From contig DULR01000075.1 of assembly GCA_012840245.1 (NCBI GenBank), positions 18,701 through 82,700 on the forward strand: a DNA stretch of 64,000 nucleotides, in the 5' to 3' direction. This stretch comes from Clostridiaceae bacterium. Its GTDB lineage: Bacteria; Bacillota; Clostridia; DSM-8532. The notes under the pieces were generated by a model. It had not been told where the DNA came from and ran no database searches. It worked only from the letters and a program-made list of their open reading frames with translations. The translations under genes were made by a program, and so were the position numbers. Position 1 is the first letter of the stretch. The number at the start of each line of letters is the position of its first letter. This document shows, piece by piece, positions 27,093 through 34,544 of this stretch.

Positions 27093-28454
27093 ATGACTAA
27101 ATTTTTTGAGTGTTTAGTTCCAGTTACATCGTGTAATTTGAAATGTGAATATTGTTATGTAATTCAAGAAAAGCGCAGATATAATGAAATAAAAAACCTG
27201 AAATATCCAGTGGAATGGATTGCTAAAGCATTGAGAAAAGAGCGATTAGGAGGCGTCTGCTATTTTAGTCTATGTGGTGAGGGAGAAACCTTATTGCCAG
27301 ATTATATTATTGAACTCACAGAGCAACTGTTAAAGTCAGGACATTATGTAAACATAACTACAAATGGGACTATCTCGCATAGAATCACAGAATTGATTGG
27401 GCTTAGTCCCGATTTGCATAATAGATTACATATTTCCTTTTCATATCATTATGATGAGTTAGTACGGACAAAAAATTTATATAAATTCTGGGATAATGTC
27501 CGAAGAGTAAAAGATAATAATATTTCATTCGTAGTACAGTGTAATTTATGTGATTCATATATCGAGAAAATCGATGAAATTAAATCTGATTGTATCAGTA
27601 ATATTGGTACTTTGCCGCAATTTGTCGCAACACGTGATGAATCTCAGCCGTACTATAAAATATTGACATCAGATTTAAACAAATATATTATGGTTGGTAA
27701 GTCTACAGGTTCTGATTTATTTGATTTTACCATAGACAATATAAATAAAAAGAGGTGCGATTTTTGCTATGCAGGCGCTTGGTCTTATAGACTATTGCTT
27801 GAAAGCGGAGATTTAAAGCGATGCTATGCTGAACCAGCATTCTACAATATATTTCAGGATATTAATGAGCCTATTCCTCAAGAGCCAATAGGATTCAATT
27901 GCAAAAGTGATTTCTGTGTAAACGCAAGCCACTTTTTAACACTGGGAATAATGCCTGATGTTGTCACTCCAACATATGATGAGCTCCGTAAGATGAAAAA
28001 TATAAACAATATCAGCAAAAACATGGATAGTTTTTTCAGGCATAAATTATATGAGGAGAATAAGCAAGTACATCATAAAGTTCAAAACATTTATCAAATC
28101 AGTAAACTATCGGACTATGCTAAATTACTAAGCAGACCGATTATAATTTATGGGGCAGGAAGGCTTGGCAATAATTTGGTGAAGAAGATGAATGAATGTG
28201 GTATAAAATATGAAATTATTTGTGATTCGAATAAAACCAGGCAAGTTAATGGAGTCGTCCCGGTTGAGGTTATGTTGGATAAATTATCTCAGTTTGACAG
28301 TCCTGTAATAGCTGTTGCGATAATGGATGACAAAGTAGTTTCAGAGGTGTTTTACACCCTTGAAAACACCTCTGCTGAGTTATGTACCTATTATACCATT
28401 ATGATGGCGATTAAATATACAAATGGATATGTTCACCCAAAAGCCATATCATGA
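27093..28454 (+). CDS. Radical SAM enzyme with an auxiliary Cys-rich region and a C-terminal Rossmann-like module
   Basis: CNLKCEYCY (CxxxCxxC). Later cysteines are CDFCY...RCY...FNCKSDFC. The C-terminal module starts at IIIYGAGRLG. The gene is markedly AT-rich. Confidence 0.85.
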   Translation: MTKFFECLVPVTSCNLKCEYCYVIQEKRRYNEIKNLKYPVEWIAKALRKERLGGVCYFSLCGEGETLLPDYIIELTEQLLKSGHYVNITTNGTISHRITELIGLSPDLHNRLHISFSYHYDELVRTKNLYKFWDNVRRVKDNNISFVVQCNLCDSYIEKIDEIKSDCISNIGTLPQFVATRDESQPYYKILTSDLNKYIMVGKSTGSDLFDFTIDNINKKRCDFCYAGAWSYRLLLESGDLKRCYAEPAFYNIFQDINEPIPQEPIGFNCKSDFCVNASHFLTLGIMPDVVTPTYDELRKMKNINNISKNMDSFFRHKLYEENKQVHHKVQNIYQISKLSDYAKLLSRPIIIYGAGRLGNNLVKKMNECGIKYEIICDSNKTRQVNGVVPVEVMLDKLSQFDSPVIAVAIMDDKVVSEVFYTLENTSAELCTYYTIMMAIKYTNGYVHPKAIS

Positions 28455-28501
28455 AGAAAGGAAACTAGTTGGAATTAAGAAAAATTAAATATTATTAGGT
28501 A

Positions 28502-29761
28502 TCAGTCATGGGAATTTTTCTCATACTGTTCATAGTAATAATTAGCAAGTACGCTGTTGCCCAGGTCAGCCATTGCTGTATTAAGAAAAACGAGATCAGT
28601 TTTATCTTTTTTATCATATATGCTGTTCAGGAATAATATTATTTCAACCGGCTCCTGATCCTTGATCAAGGCATAGAGTCCTTTGATGGCATCAAAATTG
28701 TGCTTGTTGATTTTCAGGGATTCAAAATAGTTTTCAAGTGCTTTTACAGAGTCTCCCGTCTTTTTGTACATCTCTGCCATATAGTAATAAACATACTCAA
28801 GCCTTGCCGGGAAGTTATTATTCAGCAGCAGCTTAAATTTTTTATTATATTCAAGAGCGTTACGATAGCTTTCAATGGCTGCGATATAGTCACCCTGCTC
28901 TCTTCTTGCGTTGCCTACTGCATACCAGATCTCAGGGTGTGTGGGATAATGGCTCACAGCTTCATTGATGTATTTCTCGATCTCATCGGACGTATATTTT
29001 TCTTTTAACTTAAGCATGTTGTCGATAATGAAAACATAAGGCTGATATGCCATGATTGTTTTATGGAAAGCGGGTTCTTTGAGGGCAAGAAGAGCGTATT
29101 CTATAGCTTCCTCAGAGTTCCCCAGATTATTGTTCATCGAGCTCATATAATAATATGTAAGGTCAGTGATGTTGTTTTTGGCGATCTCTTCCTTCATTAT
29201 CGCAAGATTACGTTTGACCTTTTCGGGCAATATAACAGATGAATATCCGGTATGGTAAATAACTAAGGGGTAATCAGTTATGTTGGCTGCATATAGCGTA
29301 TTTTCCCTATTAAGCGGTTGCTCATGTACAGCACCGTAATAGCGGATCCTGTTATGTCCTCTGAATGTTCGGATAGTCGGATTTTCCGCAATTATTCTTC
29401 CGTTTAAGCCTTCTGTATGGATTATTTTATAAAGAACAGCATCATATGACTTGTTATTTATACTGTTTAATATACGGATCAGATTCCTGGGAGTATTTTC
29501 AGCAAAATACTCATCGGCATCCAGGAATATAATCCAGTCTCCTGTCGCTTTATCCAAGGCATAATTCTTCGCGTTGCTGAAGTTATTGTCCCAATCGTAA
29601 AAATAAACTTTTGCGCCAAGGCTTTCAGCTATTTCAACTGTGTTATCGGTTGAACCGGTATCCACCACGACAATCTCATTTGTGATACTTTTTATGCTTT
29701 CCAGACATCGTCTGATATTTTCGGATTCGTTTTTGGTTATGACACATGCTGATATTTTCAT
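28502..29761 (-). CDS. GT2 glycosyltransferase fused to TPR repeats (GmaR-like architecture)
   Basis: ISACVITKNE...VVVDTGSTD...FLDADE N-terminal GT2. The C-terminal half is TPR-like (EAIEYALLAL..., GDYIAAIESYRNALEYN, GDSVKALENYFESLKIN). ATG 29761 follows AAGGAG. Lies downstream of fliC on the same strand. Confidence 0.85.
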   Translation of the reverse strand: MKISACVITKNESENIRRCLESIKSITNEIVVVDTGSTDNTVEIAESLGAKVYFYDWDNNFSNAKNYALDKATGDWIIFLDADEYFAENTPRNLIRILNSINNKSYDAVLYKIIHTEGLNGRIIAENPTIRTFRGHNRIRYYGAVHEQPLNRENTLYAANITDYPLVIYHTGYSSVILPEKVKRNLAIMKEEIAKNNITDLTYYYMSSMNNNLGNSEEAIEYALLALKEPAFHKTIMAYQPYVFIIDNMLKLKEKYTSDEIEKYINEAVSHYPTHPEIWYAVGNARREQGDYIAAIESYRNALEYNKKFKLLLNNNFPARLEYVYYYMAEMYKKTGDSVKALENYFESLKINKHNFDAIKGLYALIKDQEPVEIILFLNSIYDKKDKTDLVFLNTAMADLGNSVLANYYYEQYEKNSHD

Positions 29762-29923
29762 AGCTTTCTCCTTCACTCTTCGGATAAAAAAAGAAAAAAT
29801 GACACATTAAAAAGCGTCGAATATACAGTCCTTTTGTTTTATTTTATCATATCATATGTTGTAATTAAATAATCACAGGTTATGCTTCGTTTATGAAAAA
29901 TCAGGAGATTAAGAAAAATGGGA

Positions 29924-29959
29924 AAATTTAAGGAACAGCAGTTGCTGTTCCTTAAATTT
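29924..29959. terminator. Perfect 16-bp hairpin terminator after fliC (symmetric, potentially bidirectional)
   Basis: AAATTTAAGGAACAGC agtt GCTGTTCCTTAAATTT. Confidence 0.8.
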
Positions 29960-29977
29960 ATAAAATCTAATCTTAAA

Positions 29978-30817
29978 TTATTGGAGCAACTGTAATACTC
30001 CCTGAGGCTGCTGATTTGCCTGAGCCAACATTGCTGTTGCTGCCTGCTGCAGGATGCTGTTCTTGGTGAATTCCATCATTTCCTTGGCCATGTCAACGTC
30101 ACGGATACGGGATTCTGAAGCCGTCAGGTTCTCAGCGGTTGTACCCAGATTGTTGATGGTGTGCTCGAGCCTGTTCTGGATAGCACCAAGTTTTGCACGT
30201 TCAGACGAAACCTTAATTATAGCCTTGTCGATGGTCTCGATTGCTACGTTTGCACTTGCCTGTGTCGACAGATTGATCGGTGAAGTGCCAGAGGTGCTTA
30301 CAGCCAATGTTTCAGCATTCATATTGCCTATTGTCAGTGTTACTGCCTGATCCTTGTTAGCGCCGACCTGGAACTTCAATGCGCAAGCTGCAGTGCTGAA
30401 TTTGCCGTTCAACAGCTTCTTGGTGTTGAACTCGGTATTATCGGATATCCTGTCGATTTCCGCAGCAAGCTGCTCGATTTCCTTCTGGAGTTCACCACGA
30501 TCATCGTCTGTGTTGGTGTCAGATGCGGATTGTACGGCAAGCTCTCTCATTCTCTGCAGAATGCTGTGGGTTTCGTTGAGCGCACCTTCTGCTGTCTGGA
30601 TAAGAGAGATAGCGTCCTGAGCATTTCTTTCTGCCTGGTTCAGACCACGGATCTGTCCTCTCATTTTTTCAGAGATGGCAAGACCTGCTGCGTCGTCGCC
30701 TGCACGGTTGATTCTGTAACCTGAAGACAGCTTCTCAAGAGATTTGCTTCCTGCATTGTTGTTGATCGTCAACTGACGATAAGTGTTTAATGATGCGATG
30801 TTGTGATTAATTCTCAT
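29978..30817 (-). CDS. fliC: Flagellin (short, 279 aa)
   Basis: MRINHNIASLNTYRQL...GYRINRAGDDAAGLAISEKMRGQIRGL N-terminus and ...ILQQAATAMLAQANQQPQGVLQLLQ C-terminus. Confidence 0.95.
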   Translation of the reverse strand: MRINHNIASLNTYRQLTINNNAGSKSLEKLSSGYRINRAGDDAAGLAISEKMRGQIRGLNQAERNAQDAISLIQTAEGALNETHSILQRMRELAVQSASDTNTDDDRGELQKEIEQLAAEIDRISDNTEFNTKKLLNGKFSTAACALKFQVGANKDQAVTLTIGNMNAETLAVSTSGTSPINLSTQASANVAIETIDKAIIKVSSERAKLGAIQNRLEHTINNLGTTAENLTASESRIRDVDMAKEMMEFTKNSILQQAATAMLAQANQQPQGVLQLLQ

Positions 30818-30822
30818 AAAAA

Positions 30823-30860
30823 CATCCTCCTTGATATTTTTGGGGAGAATCCTTTCTCCC
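30823..30860 (-). promoter_or_regulatory. Putative CsrA binding sites in the fliC leader
   Basis: On the minus strand, the hairpin GGGAGA-AAGGAT-TCTCCC presents GGA in its loop. A second GGA lies in the SD region ATCAAGGAGGATG. This mirrors the B. subtilis hag BS1/BS2 arrangement. Confidence 0.5.
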
Positions 30861-30951
30861 TGATTTTAATTTTAGTTCCTCAACCGGAACCATGGTTATG
30901 AGCCATTCCAAAACCCTTTGGCGCCATAAGGGGGATAGCTTCACATCCTTT

Positions 30952-30978
30952 ATATCGGTAATATACCACCGAACTTTA
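30952..30978 (-). promoter_or_regulatory. Sigma-D promoter of fliC
   Basis: The minus strand reads TAAA-N16-CCGATAT, a near-consensus sigma-28 promoter. Confidence 0.8.
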
Positions 30979-31050
30979 CAGGTAAACACTAAAAAAGTGA
31001 AAAAAGATTCACTACACCGGGGAAGTGGTAAAAAAATATTAATTAATTAT

Positions 31051-31078
31051 TAATTATGTAACCATATTCTGTCGATAT
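31051..31078 (+). promoter_or_regulatory. Candidate sigma-D promoter upstream of flaG
   Basis: TAAT-N16-GTCGATAT. Confidence 0.45.
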
Positions 31079-31116
31079 ATTTCTTGGTAGATAAAAGATT
31101 CACGGAGGGATCTGAT

Positions 31117-31497
31117 ATGAGGATCGATAGCATGGATGCGGCTAGTAAAAAGACTATTAATATCACACAGACAATAGCAAAGGCGGAAACAGTCTCAGGT
31201 CCGGCAAAGCTTGACAGACAAGCAGGGCAGGAGCATTTAAGGGCTGAAAATTACGGAGATATAGAAAAACTCAGTGATGCTTTCATTAAGAAAGCCATTG
31301 AAAGGGCGAACCATACCTTTGAGATCGAAAACAGATCACTGAGGTTTCAGATCCACGAAAAGCTAAACGAAGTAATGGTCAAGGTCATAGACTCGGACAC
31401 TAAGGAAGTGATCAGGGAGATTCCACCGGAAAAACTGCTTGATATGTTTGCAAGCATGCTTGAACTTGCCGGGCTGCTCGTTGATGAGAAAAGATGA
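31117..31497 (+). CDS. flaG: Flagellar protein FlaG
   Basis: LRFQIHEKLNEVMVKVIDSDTKEVIREIPPEKLLDM is the FlaG signature. GGAGGG lies upstream of ATG 31117. Confidence 0.85.
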   Translation: MRIDSMDAASKKTINITQTIAKAETVSGPAKLDRQAGQEHLRAENYGDIEKLSDAFIKKAIERANHTFEIENRSLRFQIHEKLNEVMVKVIDSDTKEVIREIPPEKLLDMFASMLELAGLLVDEKR

Positions 31498-31592
31498 CAT
31501 GCTTCTTTGAGAACAGCGATGAAGTATGTTAAGGTTGTTCTCATATATTCTAACATTTTGCCCACTTATGCGGGCAGAAAGGAGTTACAGCT

Positions 31593-33569
31593 ATGAACAG
31601 TATACAGAGATTTTCGTCACAAATGAGAATAACCGGATTTTCAGGTTTTGATACAGAAGCAATAGTATCCGATTTAATGAGAGTTGAGAGGATACCATTA
31701 GATGCACTGAAGCAAAAAAGGACGATTTTGGAATGGAGGCAGGAGGCTTACCGTGGGATCACCAACCTGCTGATAGGTTTCAAAAGCAAGTATTTTGATA
31801 TAGTAAACCGCACTTCGTATATGCTGTCGACAAATTCTGTCAAGGCAATGTCTGCGTCCAGCAGCAACAGTTCATATGTTACAGCGACAGCAACAAGCGG
31901 AGCCGTTATGGGGGAACACAGCATAAAAATCACCCAGCTGGCTTCAGCAACTTCTTTGACCAATTCCTCAGGGATAAGCAAAGGAATTACCGGAAACATT
32001 GCTGCAGACGAAGACGGCAGCCTTTCAGATAAACTACAAAAACTTGCCGGTAAGAAAATTTTTGTGGAGTTGGATGGAGTCAGCAAACAGATCACATTGG
32101 GCGGAACCAATGCGGAAGAGTTCAGACAGCAGTTGGAAACAGCATTGGATGAGGCCTTTGGCAAGGTAACCATTAACGGGGTAGAGACGTCTAAATTTGA
32201 TATTTCTATTTTAGATGAAACTGAAAATGGATTCTCATTTTCCATCAATACAAAGGCAAACAGCGGAGCAACAAAAGTCAGCGTTTACGGAGTAGCTGAA
32301 ACGACCGAAGAAATGGCGGGTCTGGAAGATCTGGGATTGACTGCAGGCCAGTCTAACCGCATATCCTTAAACAGTTCACTTTTAACTCTGAAAGATGCAT
32401 TCAGTCAACCGTTGGAATTTGATGAAGAGGGAAATGCTTCGTTTGTTATCAACGGTGAAACAATTAACATAAAATCCACCTATACACTGAAACAGGTATT
32501 CGACAAAATAAACAATAACGAAAAGGCAAAAGCCAAAATCAGCTATGATGAGGTTACAGATAAAATTACCCTTGTTTCTGCTGTAACCGGTGCGGGCAGC
32601 AATCTGGAAGTTGCCGACAGTACAGGTAACTTCTTGTCTGCTTTGAATCTTGATGTCAAAACAAATGGCCAGGATGCTATCGTCACCATTGACGGGGAGC
32701 TTCTTGTCAGAAGCTCCAACAGCTTTACGGTGAACGGTGTGACCTATAACCTTCATAAAACTCATGAGGCAGACAGTGTGGGTGACACTATAACGGTGAA
32801 CCAGGATGTTGAGTCGGTAATCAATAGTATTAAGAATTTCATCGATGAGTACAACAAGCTGATCGGTACCATCAATGAAAAAATTGCAGAGCCCTATGAC
32901 AGGAATTATCTTCCTCTGACTGAAGAGCAAAAAGAGGCAATGAAAGAAAAAGACATCGAAAAATGGGAAGAGAAGGCCAAAAAGGGACTGCTGAAAAATG
33001 ACAGCATCCTTAAGCAAATCGTTCTTGATATGCGCCGGGCGTTGTATGAAAAGGTTGAAGGAGTAAGTATATCCCTTAAGGATATAGGAATAGAAAGCAA
33101 GTCCTATTCTGACAATGGAAAGCTCCATCTTGATGAGGACAAGCTGAGGAAGATGCTGACCAGCAAGCCGGATGAGGTTGCAAGGCTTCTCAACGGTGTA
33201 TCACCGGACAACCCGACATACAGCAGAACGGCAACCAAAGAGCAGAGAGCCGACAGATACAACAGATCGGGAGTTTTGCAGAGGCTGTCCGACATAATCG
33301 AAAACAACGTTTCGACCTTTAGAGATAGCGACGGAAGAAAAGGGATCCTGCTTGAAAAAGCCGGTATCGAAGGGGATCTGTCCAATACGGAAAATCTTAT
33401 CAGCGAGGAATTGGATGATTATGATGACAGGATAGCAAGTATGATCGTCAAGCTTACCAGAAAGGAAGAAGCATACTATAAGAAGTTCACTACCCTGGAG
33501 AAAATGCTTGCTCAGATGAATCAGCAAAGCGCATGGATCGCCAGCCAGTTCGGCATGATGGGACAGTAA
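31593..33569 (+). CDS. fliD: Flagellar filament capping protein FliD
   Basis: N-terminus RITGFSGFDTEAIVSDLM and C-terminus YYKKFTTLEKMLAQMNQQSAWI. 658 aa. Confidence 0.92.
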   Translation: MNSIQRFSSQMRITGFSGFDTEAIVSDLMRVERIPLDALKQKRTILEWRQEAYRGITNLLIGFKSKYFDIVNRTSYMLSTNSVKAMSASSSNSSYVTATATSGAVMGEHSIKITQLASATSLTNSSGISKGITGNIAADEDGSLSDKLQKLAGKKIFVELDGVSKQITLGGTNAEEFRQQLETALDEAFGKVTINGVETSKFDISILDETENGFSFSINTKANSGATKVSVYGVAETTEEMAGLEDLGLTAGQSNRISLNSSLLTLKDAFSQPLEFDEEGNASFVINGETINIKSTYTLKQVFDKINNNEKAKAKISYDEVTDKITLVSAVTGAGSNLEVADSTGNFLSALNLDVKTNGQDAIVTIDGELLVRSSNSFTVNGVTYNLHKTHEADSVGDTITVNQDVESVINSIKNFIDEYNKLIGTINEKIAEPYDRNYLPLTEEQKEAMKEKDIEKWEEKAKKGLLKNDSILKQIVLDMRRALYEKVEGVSISLKDIGIESKSYSDNGKLHLDEDKLRKMLTSKPDEVARLLNGVSPDNPTYSRTATKEQRADRYNRSGVLQRLSDIIENNVSTFRDSDGRKGILLEKAGIEGDLSNTENLISEELDDYDDRIASMIVKLTRKEEAYYKKFTTLEKMLAQMNQQSAWIASQFGMMGQ

Positions 33570-33610
33570 GAGAAATACAAGCTAATTAAAGATATCTTGG
33601 AGGCCTGAAT

Positions 33611-34015
33611 ATGATTGCTTATAACGCCTATAACCAGTATAAGGAGAATTCAATTTTTACCGCCAGTCCGGAAGAACTTACACTTATGCTTTACAATGGA
33701 CTTGTGAAGTTTATAATGCGCGGTATGGACAGCATTGAGAAAAGAGATATCCCCGATGCCAATACAAATATAATAAAGGCACAGAATATCATATCCGAAC
33801 TTATGAATACGCTGGACATGAAGTATGGATTGTCTTCGAGCCTGTATTCCATATATGATTATATGCTGAGAAGGCTTATTGACGCCAATATAGCCAAGGA
33901 TAAGGAAATACTTGAAGAAATCCTCGGCTTTGCAAAGATCCTCAGGGATACATGGGAGCAGGCCATGAAAATATCCAGGCAGCAGAACAGAAGACCTACG
34001 GTCACCAATGTATGA
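33611..34015 (+). CDS. fliS: Flagellin-specific chaperone FliS
   Basis: YNQYKENSIFTASPEELTLMLYNGLVKF...AQNIISEL. 134 aa. Confidence 0.92.
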   Translation: MIAYNAYNQYKENSIFTASPEELTLMLYNGLVKFIMRGMDSIEKRDIPDANTNIIKAQNIISELMNTLDMKYGLSSSLYSIYDYMLRRLIDANIAKDKEILEEILGFAKILRDTWEQAMKISRQQNRRPTVTNV

Positions 34016-34028
34016 TCAGGAGTATGAA

Positions 34029-34508
34029 ATGGAGCCAAAAGAGTATGTCCGCAAACTGAATGATATTTCACAAAAAAAATTGTTGCTGCTGAATGAGATC
34101 CTTCTGTTTGTACGCAGTCAGAATGAGGTAATAAAAGGACAGAGGTTTGAGGAGATGGAACTGCTCATAAGAGAAAAGCAAATGAGAATGGATGCAGTGG
34201 ATAAGCTTGACGTGCAGTTTGCAGCATATTCCTCAAAACTCAGGGAGATGCTCTCCATCAGTTCCTTTGAAGAGCTTCCCGGGTATGACCTCCCCGGAAC
34301 AAAGGAACTCAAGGCTGTGATCGAACGCATCCATCAAAAGCTTAAGGAAATCAAAGTACTGGATGATGAAAATATCAGCCTTGTAAAAACCGAGATGAAA
34401 GATGTCAGGGAGCAGATGAGCAGAACCAGCAACGACAAACGCATTCAGGGAGCATATTACCCTACCCTGAACAGCGGGACATCATATTTCTTTGATGAAA
34501 AAAAATAG
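34029..34508 (+). CDS. Helical protein in the fliT position (FliT/FlgN-like)
   Basis: Position after fliS, coiled-coil composition, and AGGAG 7 nt upstream of ATG 34029. Assignment rests on synteny only. Confidence 0.5.
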   Translation: MEPKEYVRKLNDISQKKLLLLNEILLFVRSQNEVIKGQRFEEMELLIREKQMRMDAVDKLDVQFAAYSSKLREMLSISSFEELPGYDLPGTKELKAVIERIHQKLKEIKVLDDENISLVKTEMKDVREQMSRTSNDKRIQGAYYPTLNSGTSYFFDEKK

Positions 34509-34544
34509 GCAAAACGAAATTTCTCCGGACCTTTAGGAGGCATA

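Noticed and set aside
15568-29776. Interpreting the island as a wall teichoic acid or secondary cell-wall polymer locus rather than a flagellin modification locus.
   Set aside because: I did not adopt this as the primary reading. The island lacks a priming transferase, a flippase or ABC exporter and a ligase. It is embedded between csrA and fliC and has a sigma-28-like promoter. It remains the main alternative and is listed under would_refute.
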